DNA from: Octopus bimaculoides
Lineage: Eukaryota
DNA: 64,000 bases
NCBI RefSeq assembly: GCF_001194135.2
Contig: NC_068981.1
Span: 197,163,886-197,227,885 of the forward strand
Direction of reading: 5' to 3'
This document shows, piece after piece, positions 1 to 13,996 of the stretch (its first letter is position 1; the number at the start of each line of letters is the position of its first letter). The position numbers were made by a program, and so were the translations under genes. The notes beneath the pieces are model-generated. The model did not search any database and had not been told where the DNA came from. It was given only the letters and a program-made list of their open reading frames with translations.

Positions 1-927
1 GCATCCAGCTGTAGAAACTCTGCCAAATCAGACTGGAGCCTGGTGTTGCCATCCGGTTTCACCAGTCCTCAGTCAAATCGTCCAACCCATGCTAGCATGG
101 AAAGCGGACGTTAAACGATGATGATGATGATGATGATCAAAAATTTAAATGAGAGTTTTGACGCTAATATCCATTATTATTGAAATTTATTCCTATGTCA
201 ACATTTCTGTATAAGGCTATATTTAACTGTCAAATTCAAGTTAAATAGATAAATTACCTTACACATCTTCAGGGTAAAAGGTAAATAGCAAAAAGTAAAC
301 AAGGAGTAGGAGTGGCTGTGTGGTAAGTAGCTAGCTTACCAACCACATGGTTGACAACTGATGCTGGTGTGTTTATGTCCCTGTAACTTAGCGGTTCGGC
401 AAAATAGATCGGTAGAATAAGTACTAGGCTTCTAAAGAATAAGTCCTGGGGTCGATTTGCTCGACTAAAAGGCGGTGCTCCAGCATGGCCACAGTCAAAA
501 GACTGAAACAAGTAAAAGAGTAAGGAAATCGATCCATAAGGAGTCTACTTTAGACCTTTGCAGAGAAATCTCTTGCTATATTGGTAGCGGTTACATGTTT
601 ATCTCATCAACACATTGTGGAGATATCATCAACACATTGTGGAGATATCATCATATGAACAGATATATACACACACACGCACATTTTTAGTCTTTTTCTT
701 GTGTCAGTCATTAGACTACAGCCATGCTGCAGCATTGCCTTGAAGTTTTAGTCATATGAATCGACCCTTGGATTTATTTTTTTAAGCCTGATACTTATTC
801 TGTCAGTCTCTAATGTTGAACCTCTAAGTTATAAAGATATGGACTTGCATGGATGGTAAGCCAGAGATAATCCTCAAATGATTTTCAGCTGTTCCTTTTA
901 TTAATATTATTATTATTATTATTTCAG

Positions 928-1075
928 CTTTTTTAACAAACAAATGAAGGATAACGAGGAACAGCAAATGGCTATACAGCAAGTTTTTTCTCAACAGAAT
1001 TGTCGAGCTCCTTTTATTGTGTTTGGTCCTCCTGGAACTGGTAAAACAACCACCATTTTGGAAGCTATTAAGCAG
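928..1075 (+). CDS. MOV10: MOV10-like exon: Q motif and Walker A
   Basis: tttcag|C TTT TTT AAC...AAG CAG|gtaag; FFNKQMKDNEEQQMAIQQVFSQQNCRAPFIVFGPPGTGKTTTILEAIKQ. Confidence 0.95.
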
Positions 1076-4000
1076 GTAAGCTAATTTCTGTTCTATTCAT
1101 TGCGTCTGGCGAGTACTGATCTGCCAGGAGCAGCAGCTAAATCCATCTGGAAACAAATACAGATGAAGACTATATTAGAGAATGTATTTTTAGATCAACG
1201 TTAATTGGGGTATTTGTCAAATGAAATCCAATCTAAATGCGATCTTTGGTGTTTTAACATCATTGCATAATTGACACAAATGGATGGTGTGTGTGTGTGT
1301 ATTATATATATATATATATATATATCATCATCATCATCATCGTTTAACGTCCGCTTTCCATGCTAGCATGGGTTGGACGATTTGACTGAGGACTGGTGAA
1401 ACCGGATGGCATATACATATATATATACATACATGTACGTATATATGCATATAGTCATTTACTATTTGTATTAAATGATCGAACGCTACGCGTCCTCCTT
1501 GCAAGTAAGTTCCTGTCTACCTTTGTATCTTTCTCTCCCCCTCTCATTCTTCCATCTTTTGTTCTCTGCCTCTCCTTCTCTACTATATCTCTTTCTTTCT
1601 CCCTGTCTCTCTTTGCTCACCTATCTTCTACTTCATCCCCCTTTTTTTCTCCCTCTACCACTCTTTTTCCTTACCCTTCCCTGTTCACGTGTCTGGCTAC
1701 TTATCTTTCTTTCATATCTTTGCTTTCGCGAAGCTAGCACGAACAATTCTTCGTCTCCTTTCCAGTTCGTTGCTTCACAGTGTCCAGCACATACATATTT
1801 TTTTCACGTCTGGCCGTGTAGCCTTTTCGTTTGTTCTCACTGTTTTGTTTTCCTGTTTTGTTTTGTCCGCCACTACATTCCTCCACGTTACAAATTTAAT
1901 TTGAATTAATTTTAATTTAAATTTAATTTGTGGTCCGTGGGAAGAGCCGTTTTAACGATGCGTCCTGCCCTACGAAACGCCTGTGTTAGAATGGGGGCAG
2001 CTGATGAAGGAGATGTTCTCTATGTAGCCTGTGTGTTTTCTTTACTCATTTATCATTTTGTCTACGCTTTGTTTGCAATGTCCTGTACATAGATATACAG
2101 GTAGATGTAAGTATGTACATACATGTACATATATATGCATATACTCATTTACTATTTGTATTATATATATATATATATATATATCATTAATCATCATCAT
2201 TGTCATTTAACGTCCGCTTTCCATGCTGGCATGGGTTGGACAGTTTGACTGAAGACAGGCAAGCCAGAAGGCTGTACCAGGTTCTAATCTGATCTGGCAG
2301 TGTTTCTACAGCTGGATGCCCTTCCTAACGCCCACCACTCCGAGAGTGTAGTGGGTGCTATTTACATGCCACCGGCACAGGATCCAGTCCAGGGACACTG
2401 GCATCGACCGCATTTGGATGATGCATTTTACATGCCACTGGAACGGGAGCCAGTTGGGGGCACTGGCCACAGCTATGATTTTTATGTATACATATGGAAC
2501 TGTATAAATGTTGAGAGATCATGCTTACATACACTTATAACTGTATGTTATTTTTAAGTTCCTTCCATCCTACATAAATTAGGCTTGGGCAAGTTTTTTC
2601 TACTCTAACCTCTGGACAATCAAAGCCCTGTGAGTGTACTTAGAAATTGAAAGAATCCCTGGACAGTTGCATCAAGAGGTGCCAGGCACTAATTGTAAGG
2701 GGCAGTGGTGGCTCATAGGTAAAATTAGTGGTGGGTGCTGCTTCAGAAACTTTTTAGCCATTGTTTTAATATTGTGTAAAAGGAAACAAACATATAAAAA
2801 GAAAATTTATACATAAACTTGATTGGTTTGTGTTTTAGCCACTGCTGGGTAATGTGTTTAATTTGTTCACTGAACACCGCTGCGAATTCCCCTTTGTTTT
2901 TCAAAAATCCCTCCTAAATTACAAAAAAAGGGGTGGAAATCTGCCCTATTTTTTAAATCCTGGCAGCAACACTGTACCTGGAAGCAGAATAATAATTTAA
3001 TTCTATGCTTTATCACATTCAAGAATATAAACACGTTTTCAGGCACAACACACGCAGAGTCAAAAAGAAACACTACCTTTCACTGGAACACTGGGGTTGG
3101 CACTGTGTGAAGCACAGTGCTCTCTCTCCCTAGCATACAGCTTCCTATCTCAGATATGTGAGCATGCACACAACAGCCAAACACTACGTCGCTGGAACTG
3201 TGAAGCACACAGTTCTATACAAGGATTGTTGTATTTTTTTTTCATAAACTAGGGGATGGCTACTGACATAAAGCTTAAGGATTATATAATATACAAGTAT
3301 AAAGAAAAAAAAGGACTCATTATATTGAATGTTATCAATAATATTGAGTGAAAATAGGGGATGCTGCAGTTCCACAGTGCCCATACACGAGCCACCACTG
3401 GTAAAGGGAACATGTGGAAGAGGTAGGACCCTGGAAGACATGGAACACAGAAAAAATATCCTAAAGTGGCTTGAGTTTTTTCATCCTATTTCCTTCTGCA
3501 GTTTTACATACTGAAATGGGGTTTGTAATTTCTGTCTACAAATTGTGATCTTTGTGTGATATAATATTGTTTCACTTTTATGAGTGTGTGCATTCGATAT
3601 GTACAAGATAGTAAAGGACATTTTATACCATGACAACAATGTCATATATGAGTGTGTATGTATCGGTGTATGAGTGTGTATGTCCCTCTGACTGTGTGTG
3701 TATGGTTGTGTGTTAGGTACGTCGTTAAACACACACACTCACATTTACATATACACATGACGACTGACATGCATGAATTTATGTCTGTATGTGTCTCTCC
3801 TACTAAATGTGTGTGACTATGTGAGAGTGTGTGTGCGTGTCATATTTTGTATATGAATGTGTCTGTGAGTGTGTGTGTTTGCACGCCTGGTATGTACGTT
3901 ATTAAACACACACATACATCTACACGTACATATATATATATGTGATGAGAACGGCCTGAGATGAAACTCTTGGCAAAAAAACAATTGCGTGAGAGGTTCA

Positions 4001-7000
4001 TGTTATATAAAAATACACATCTACCGTTACATTAACCCTTTTGATACCAACCTGGCTGAAACCGCCTTTGGCTCTGAGTTCAGATGTCTTGTTTTCATAA
4101 GTTTTGAATTAAAATCTTCCACCAAACTTTAGTCACAATTTATGTTCCTAACACTAGCTTAATGATAACAAAGTTATTTTACTAAATTCTTTGTTATATT
4201 TAAAATTAATTGAAAGAAACACAGAACATCTCTACAGAAATATTGTAAGAAAAGGGTTAACAGTTCTTAATTATCTCAGTAATTGTAAGGTTGCAATTTG
4301 CTTATATTTGGTTAATTTACACCGCATACAAAAATAGAGATTAATATATATATTTTTTTCTATGTTCATAATTTTTTGTTTAAAATATTGAACTTCACTC
4401 CTACCCCTAACCTTTATCATCCACTACACTCCCACCATCACCAACCTCCTACCTCCTTTGTTTTTGTTGTTTTTTTTTTTCACCTCCCTACCTCCATCCA
4501 CTATCCTAACTTTAATCTTTATTCAAACCAGGTTTACACTATGAAGAAGGACGCCAAGATCCTGGTCTGTGCTCCGTTTAATAAACATGTTGATGAAATA
4601 ACCATGAAGTTGATGGAATTTATTCCGAAAGCAGAGCACAAAAAGACCCTTCACAGATGCTATGCTTCAACCTACAATCCTGCTGAAATTCCTAAAAAAA
4701 TTAAGGTAAGGAATTATTTTGGTAGTATTTCAGTGACCCATTTGAATGAAATAGATGCAATGAGAAACCTTAAGCTTTTAGTATTCAAACTGCCAGGTCT
4801 GGCCTCTCACACCTACCCTACAATGTCATTCTAAAAATACACAATCATGTCATTGAAATATCAAAGCTACAAGGTAATGCATGATTAATTCAAAACAATG
4901 TGAATAATTCTCACCCCTACTGGCTTCTGTGTCGGTGGCACGTAGAAAGCACCGTCCGAATTTGGCCGATGCCATCACCACCTTGACTGGCTCCCGTGCC
5001 AGTGGCACAAAAAGCACCATCTGATCATGGTTGATGCCAGCTCCCTCTGGCTCCTGTGCCAGTGATATGTAAAAAGCACTGACTACAATCTGGGAGTGGT
5101 TGGTGTTTGGAAAGGCATCCGTTGGGGATGTATTTTTAGATCAATGTTAATGTGAAAGATGTGAGAAGGTGGCTTCAGGCAAATGAGACAAATATAGCAA
5201 CCTGGCATACAGTGGGAGGAAACAGGAGGTGAGGTGAGAGGGTATTCAGGGTATTGGCTGATGTGTGCTCAAGGATGAAAGTGCAATGGATAAATGACAG
5301 TGACCACCACTATCATCATCATCATTGTTTTAATGTCTACTTTTCCTTGCTTGCATGAGTCAGATGAAATTTGTTGAAGGAGATTTTCTACAGCTGGATG
5401 CCTTTCCTGTCACCAATCTCCTGTTTCCCCCCTGTCCTTTAATTACATAATGTCAAGACAAGACACACACACACACCTACATATATAGACTTACATGACA
5501 GGTTTCTTTCAGCTTCTATCTGCCAAATCTATTCGCAAGCCTTTGCTGAGCAATAGACGACTCTTGCCCAAAGTGCCATACAATAAGACTGAACCCATGA
5601 CCATGTGGTTGGGGAGCAAGCTTCTTAACCACACAGACATGCCACTGTTCATTGTGGTCAAATCATAGATAGTGTTAGGATTAATTCAGACATTATGAAG
5701 AAGTATGGCAAAGACGATAATTATGTCTTTCATTGCAGACTATCACAAATCTTGTCACTGATCAAAAAGAATTGAAAAATCCTGGTATCTTTGAGAGTTA
5801 CCAAATAGTGTTAACCACTCTAATAACAGCTGGAAGGTAGGTTCAACCATTTTGTTTCTTTATTTCTAACCAAAATATACCCCTTGTGTGTTTCAATTAG
5901 ATTCTAAAATAATTGTGAATTTAGACTGGTTTCGTAAATCAATTCTTTTATGTTTATCAATATATTAATGTGATTTTTGGAACACAATTCCACAGTTCTA
6001 TTGCATATTTTTTGTCTCAATTTTATATTAGCAGCACCCATGTAAATTCCACAGAATGGAATCTGCTGCATACCCTCAACATGTACCTGTCCCTCTAGTT
6101 CACTCCAATCCTTCGAAATTCTATTTAAACATGGACCTATTTAAGAATGAAAGGATGAATTTTTATAGCATTCATTGTTTAGCTTTCTTTAAATATTCTT
6201 GATGTTTGTCTACATCAGAGGTAGAGAAACTTCTTCGTGCATCGGGTAAAAATTTCCAAAGAAAAAGGTCCACGGGTGGATCACAAGTTCTAACTCTTAT
6301 ATCTGTGTAAATCTTGTATATATATCTGTTTAATTCAATAAACATTAATAAAGATAAGTTTAAGACATTAAATTAACGCTGCCTCTGAATTTAGGATGTC
6401 TGTAATACTTATGAGGTATTCTTTATTTTTCAGCTACAGTGTAGTTCGGTCTCTAGGGGGTGGTACAAACCTAGCAATATGTGTTTTATAATGGAAACAA
6501 AATTTCCATTCAAATGGCAATTACCGGACGAGTTTCTGTTTGAGTCTAACAGTTTTAAGCCGTAGTGGAAATGTGACCTATGTCGAAAATACGCTTAGGA
6601 ATATTGTATAAATTTTATATCACCCTGCAAGCGCAATAAAATGAGCTTGTGGACATAATTGCACCCACAGGCAGGGCTTTCCGCATCCCCGGTCTACATT
6701 CATTTCCTCATATATCCATCGGTGTTGTTTTTTCCGTCTTTGTTTTATATCTTCCCTCTTCTCTTCTCAGATCCATGCTCTATATCTGCACATCCTTTCT
6801 TGAGCAGCTTGCAAAAAAAATTTAGATTTTTTTTTAAGTAAGCAGACTATAAATAATTGTACCTATGTGAATGCAATGGTCATCATCGTCATCGATGTGG
6901 TACAAGGAATAGAACTTAGTCCATGCTGTAAAAAGCAAATAAGCCAAAGCTACAACAGTCAAGAGAGGTAGACTGTATGATGCATGTGTGTGAACAGCCA

Positions 7001-9615
7001 TGCTACATAGCAGTGAAACATGGGCCATGACTGCTGAGGACATGCGTAAGCTTGCAAGGAATGAAGCCAGTATGCTCCACTGAATGTGTAATGTCAGTGT
7101 GCATAATTGACAAAGTGCTAGTATCTTGAGAGAAAAGTTGGACCTAAGAAGCATCAGATGTGGTGTGCAAGGGAGATGACTGCACTGGTCTTGTGTTGTA
7201 AATGAATGAGGACAGTTGTGTGAAAAAGTGTCACACCCTAGCAGTTGAGGGAAGCTGTGGAAACGAAGCCAGAATTCCCCACTGGAGGGGTATTGTCAGT
7301 GTGACTATACAATAGGATGTAAGTAGTTTGAGAGACAAACTGGGTATACAAGGCATTAGATGTAGTGTGTAAGAGAGCAGACTGTGCTGGAATGGCCATG
7401 TAATGCATACGAATGCAGACAGATGCATCAAGAGGTGCTGATTTCAAATTGTAGAGAAAACGTGTGGAAGAAGTAGAACCAGGAAGAGGAGAGGAAAGGA
7501 TCTACAGAGAGGATGATAGAGGACCAAGGCTTCTGGCTGTTTGCTGCGTTTGAAAAGACATATTATGTTAAGTAAAATCATGGTTGTCCTTGCATGCAGG
7601 ATGTTCCCAGCAAACGTCTCCAACGTTTCTAATCTTGCAGGCTCGTGTGCCACGTAAATGCATCCCTGCTGGTGCTACTGTTGGAATCTGGCACCACCAC
7701 TGCAGCAAGAGCTGCCAGAATGAGAATGTAGACAGCATATACCTCAGATTTTATTCTCAAAACCTTACCCATAGCTAAGTATGACTACAAGGCAACAGCT
7801 GAGGTTTGAAAACCCAATTTTACTTCCCATGGATGTGTTTTGCCCCCTCCCCCCACCGAGGGGGTGGGGGACTAATGAGCTCCATCTGCCCAACCAACCT
7901 AATGTGATTTATTATGTATTCATTTCCAGGTTTGCACTTCTCAGGTACAAGGGTCATTTCAGCCACATATTTGTAGATGAGGCTGGTTTTGCCACAGAAG
8001 CAGAGACACTTGTGCCGTTGGTTGGTCAGATTGATGAAAATACTCGAATAATTCTTGCAGGTGATCCAAAGCAGTTGGATCCAGTGTTCAAAAGTGAACA
8101 AGCCAGAAATGCTGGATATGGTAAGACTCTATCTCTTGTTTTCGAAATTATTTTATTTTAATTCTTTCAGATATTGAAACATTTTTGCTCTAATCACACA
8201 CTAACTTCTCACCTGGTACACAACCACTTTCCTTGGTTCCACTCCCTCTCTCAAGGTCTTTGTTCTGCAAGTTTCTTAGCAACCCCACTGGTTCCAATAC
8301 CACATGTGAAAAGATCCTGTGCTATATAGAGAAACCATTTGTTCTGGTGCCACATAAAAAGCATCCAGTACATTCTGTTGAGTGGTTGGTGTTTTGGAGG
8401 GCATCCAGCCATAGAAACCATGCCAAAACAGCTCTGGTCAAACTAGCCAACCCATGCCACCATGGAAAAATGGACATCAAATGCTGCTGGTCTTGATTTA
8501 TTCAATTCTCATTTTGAATTTTTTCAACAGACAATTATGGTGGCTGTGTTGATCAGCACAAATTACGGCAGGTACCATAACAGCAGTACCTACCATAGTT
8601 GCAATATAGTAATTCTTTATCTCTTCAATATTGGTGTGTGTTGAGTGAGGGTCAACTGGTCTGGCTGAGGTCTGGCAATGGTGGTCAGCTGGTGGTTCAG
8701 GGAACATTATGGAAAAGAACTTTACATGTCTCTGAAAGATTTCAGGAAATGCACAATATTAATGTTGCTGATCATCATTATCATTGTTTAACGTCCGCTT
8801 TCCATGCTGGCATGGGTTGGACTATTTGACTGAGGACTGGCAAACCGTAAGGCTACACCAGGCTCCAGTCTGATTTGGCAAAGTTTCTACAGCTGGATGC
8901 CCTTCCTAATGCCAACCACTCCGAGAGTGTAGTGGGTGTGTGCTATTTACGTGCCACCGGCACGGAAGCCAGACACCTGCTCTGGCAACGGTTACGCTCG
9001 GATGGTGCTCTTAGTGCTCCACTGGTATAGGTGCCATCACGATTTCGCTTTCGCTTGCCCCAACAAGAATTTGATGACAATAATAATGAAGCTGATGACA
9101 ATGATAATGGAATAAGAGACAATGCTAAAGTGGAATAGAATTATTATTGTGAAGGCTGTGAGCTGACGGAATCCTTAGCATGCCAAGTGAAGTACTTAGC
9201 AGTATTTCGTCTGTTGCTACATTCTGAGTTCAAATTCCACCAGGGTCAACTTTGCTTTTCATCCTTTCAGGGTCAATTAAATAAGTACTAGTTATGCACT
9301 GAGATCGATGTAATTGACTTAATCCCTTCCCCCAAATTTCAGGCCTTGTGCTTATGATAGAAAGGATTATTATTATTATTATCATCACCACCACCATCAT
9401 CATCATCATCATCATCATTCTTATTATTAAGGCAGCATGCTGGCAGAATTGTGAGCAGTATTTCGTCTGCCACTATGTTCTGAGTTCAAGTTCTGCCAAG
9501 GACGACGTTGCCTTTCATCGTTGATAAATTAAGTACCAGCTAAACACTGAGAATCAATGTAATTGACACATCCCTTTCCCCAAAATGGCTGTCCTTGTGG
9601 TAAAATTTGAAATCA

Positions 9616-9647
<32 letters not shown>

Positions 9648-12600
9648 GAGAGAGAGAAGTGCATGCCATCAAAGTGACACTGGGGTAAAATATATGAAAC
9701 CTCAAAAGGTCTCTGTATGAGGTTTGTTTAAGGATGATGAACAAAGCACCCATGTTTCCAAAGGTGAATTATTCAAACCCCAAAGAATTTCTCTCAACAC
9801 ATGGCTATGATGCTCCCCCACTACTTCTGCTCATGATCAGAGATGCACATATCGTCAGCCACCAAGGGACATGCTCAACTGGTTACAGTCAAACAACTGA
9901 CAAGCAAATCTGTGGTATTGAGAAGAATATTTGCTGTAACCCATCTTTTTATACCAAGACAAAACAATGTACATGATAACACTTCCAATCAGTTAAGACC
10001 AGAAGTCACGAGAGCCACTGCCTGGTACTGCATCCGGGCATTTATTATTATTATTGTTATTGCTATTTATAGGATTGATGTTACTCCTCCAGAAAGTAAA
10101 GAAACGAAATGTCAAAATATTGTTCATTTGATAACAGTCGCACTCTTCTTTATTGTTTTATTGTTATTATTATTATTATTATTATTATTTATGTTGATGT
10201 GGTGAACTGGCAGGAACCATGGCATACTGGGCAAAATGCTTTGCAGTATTTCTTCTGTCTTTATGTTCCAAGATTAGTTTCTGCTGAGGCCATCTTTGTC
10301 TTTCATTCTTTCGGAGTCGATAAAATAAGTACCAGCTAAACACTGAGAATCAATGTAATCAACTTAGCCCCTCCCCCAGAATTACTGCCCTTCTGGCAAA
10401 ATCTAGAACAAATACCATTATTATTATTTGAAGGTGCAAGCTGGTAGAATTATTAATGCGTTGGACAAATGGCTTAGTTGCATCTTTTCCAACTCTTTTA
10501 TCATCTGAATTCAAAGATCGCTATCGTCAACTTTGCCCTTCGTCCTTACAGGGTCAGTAAAATGAAGTGCCGGTCAGTTAATTGCCCCTTCCCGCAGAAT
10601 TGCTGGATTTTTGCTCAAATTATTAAGTTGGTGCACAATTACTGTGGCTTTTTTTCAACAAAAACAAGAATATTTAAAAAAAAACATCTTTAAATGACCA
10701 TCTGACCGTCTGCCAAGCAAATGGGAAGCAGTAATTGAAGTAGATGGTGAATATGCTCTGGAATAATCATTTAAAGATGTTTTTGTTAAATGTTATCGTT
10801 TTTGTTGAATAAAATTTGTTGGAAAAAAGCTGCAATAATTATGCACCAACCTAATAGAATGAATTATTTTTGTGATTATTAATTATTATTGCTGTCTCTT
10901 TATAGATGTCCCTCTGATAGAACGCCTTATGGAGTCGAACAGTAACTACAGAAACACAATGGTGATCAAATTATTGAACAATTATCGATCACATCCTGCA
11001 ATTATTAAAATCCCGAATGAACTTTTCTATGACAATGAGTTGAAGGTAAGGAATAAATGTTGTCCATTCCATGTGGATGGTATATCTAGAGCTACGCATA
11101 CCTTAGCTATGCTCGTTTCCCTTCCTTTTTAAGGCAGTTCATTATGGTTTGAATGAGATTTCACTGTTATTTCCAGAAGGCTGTCTTTTCTCAAACAGCT
11201 TCAAGTTGACTATTCAGGTGACCATTGGAGATAAACTGGTCACTAGCTTAACCCTTTTGTTACTAACCCAGCTGAAACCAGCTCTGGTGGAAGATTTTAA
11301 TTCAAAACTTATGAAAACAAGACATTTGTATTCAGAGCCAAACCTTAGTCACAATTTATGTTCCTAACACTAGCTTAATAATAACTAAGTTAATTTACTA
11401 AATTCTTTGTTATATTTGAAATTGGTTGAAACACAGAGCATCTCAACAGAAATATGGTGACAAAAGGGTTAACACATGATTAATTTAACTCTTTCAATAC
11501 CAACCTGGCTGAAACCGGATCTGGCTCTGAGTACGAATGTTTTGTTTTCATAAGTTTTGAATTAAAATCTTCCACCAAACCTTAGTCACAATTTATGTTC
11601 CTAACACTAGCTTAATGATAACAAAGTTATTTTACTAAATTCTTTGTTATATTTAAAGTAATTGAAAGAAACACAGAGCCTCTCAACAGAAATACAGTGT
11701 AGTTTGTCCGTCGATGCGACAAAGACCATCTAGTCATCCTGGGGTGTGGGTGGGCTTGTTTTGTGGGTCCACAGATGGCTAGTGAGGCCAATCTGCACCC
11801 GAAAGAGTCTTTGACAGTGTGGACAGGGAATGGTAGACAGAGAAAGGTGGTGATCAGCAGTCCACAAGGGTGCCAACACATGTGAGACCAATAGGATAGC
11901 TAAATACAGTAACGAAAGTGTTAAAGAGCTGGACATCTGACCACAGCAATATTGCCCTATAGGAAGGGCATCCAGCTGTAGAAACTCTTCCAGATCAGAT
12001 TGGAGCCTGGTGCAGCCTTCTGGTTTGCCAGTCCTCAATCAAATCGTCCAACCCATGCTAGCATGGAAAGCGGACATTAAACGATGATGATGACTAACAT
12101 GATGATTTTGCTGTGTGTTCAGTTGCTTGCTTCGGTTTACATGGAATGCTAGAAACGGGTTCCACTCTCTCATGGTGGGAAAATGCTTTGACTTCAGCCA
12201 TTCTTAGTTGTTACTTTACGACCATGCTGGGGCACAGCTTTCAAGACTTTCAGTCGACCGAATCAACCCCAGTACTTTTTTTTTAAGCCTGGTACTGAAC
12301 CACTATTGGATGTAAACACACAAACACCAGTCATCAAGTGACTGTATTGGACAAATGCACACACACATATGTACAAGGAATACATATATATAATAAAATA
12401 TATATCATCATCATCATCGTTTAACGTCCGCTTTCCATGCTGGCATGGGTTGGAGGGTTTGACTGAGGACTGGCAAGCCAGAAGGCTGCACCAGGCTCCA
12501 ATCTGATTTGGCAGAGTTTCTACAGCTGGATGCCCTTCCTAACGCCAACCACTCCAAGAGTGTAATGGGTGCTTTTACGTGCCACCAGCACAAGGGTCAG

Positions 12601-13951
12601 TCAGGTGGTACTGGCAATGGCCATGCTCGAATGGTTATATATGTATATTTGTGTGTGTATGAGAAGAGATGACCACTAATTGGACATCCGATATGCTAGA
12701 AAGAGGTCATTAACGACCCAACCACAAAGAGAAATAATGGTCTCCAGAAAAAAATTTCGCAAGACACCAGAGCATAGCGAGCAAGACAAAATGAAAAATA
12801 TATAGAATAAAAGAATTAATTGTGGTTGGGTCGTTAATGACCTCTTTCTAGCATATAGGATGTCCACTTAGTAGTCATCCCTTCTTATACACATGTAATA
12901 CAATTTTTCTGAATTTTCAGATTTTTTTATATGCTAGGCCATTTGGTTTTAAATCGAAATATATATATATTCTTTTATTCTTGTTTTGGTCATTTGATGG
13001 CGGCCATGGTGAAGTACCATCTTTAGTCAAACAAATAGACCCAAGGACTTATTGTAAGCCTAGTACTTATTTGATCAGTCTTTTTTGCCAAACTGCTAAG
13101 TTACAGGGACATAAACACACCAACACTGGTTGTTAAGTGACAATGGGTGGCCGAGCACAGACACATAAACATATATATGACGGGCTTCTTTCAGTTTCCC
13201 TCTACCAAATGCACTCACAAGGGTTTGGTCGGCTCGAGGCTATAGTAGAAGACACTAACCCAGAACCATGTGGTTGGGAAAAAAAAAAGAAATTACTATT
13301 TTAAGAGCAAATTCTTTAAGCTTATCATTTTCATTTAGATGTTGGTATGGAGCTTGTACTCCGCCCTAACAGTTACACAGGTCATGTGACCTCATACTCG
13401 TTCCATGATTGGCTTCTCTCTCTCGGTGCCCCACTCTGCTTCTTAAAAAAAAATGAAACACTGTAAGGGAGATAACTGAATGAAACACCATTTGGTCAAC
13501 GTTTCATTCTTAAACTCTTGACATATCATTCCGTATATTTTCGCCCAGAGACGTCTCGTAAATATATATTTGAACGAAAATATATGTTCACTGTACTCTG
13601 GGGTATTTGTGACTTATATCTAACCTGAAATACTTCGTCCATGATGTTCTCGACTTCTATCATTAACTATCAATACCATCATTTCTATCTATAACTTCAT
13701 AATAAAGCGTAACTGATTCAAGGTGCCGGGCAGTGGGACTGAAATCAAAACCACATTGTTGGGAAGCAAAGCTTCTTAACCATACAACAGTTTCTACAGC
13801 TGGATGCCCTTCCTAACACCAATCACACTGAGGGTGTAGTGGGTGCTTTTACGTGCCACCAGCACGAGGGCCAGTCAGGTGGTTATGACAACAACCACGC
13901 TCAAAAGGTGTTTTTTTACGTGCTACCTGCACGGGAACCAGTTCGATTACA

Positions 13952-13996
<45 letters not shown>

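Noticed and set aside
4376-4834. 152-aa ORF as a standalone gene (likewise 7781-8161, 10872-11132, 14165-14413, 17503-17766)
   Set aside because: Each is a MOV10-like exon with flanking intron read-through
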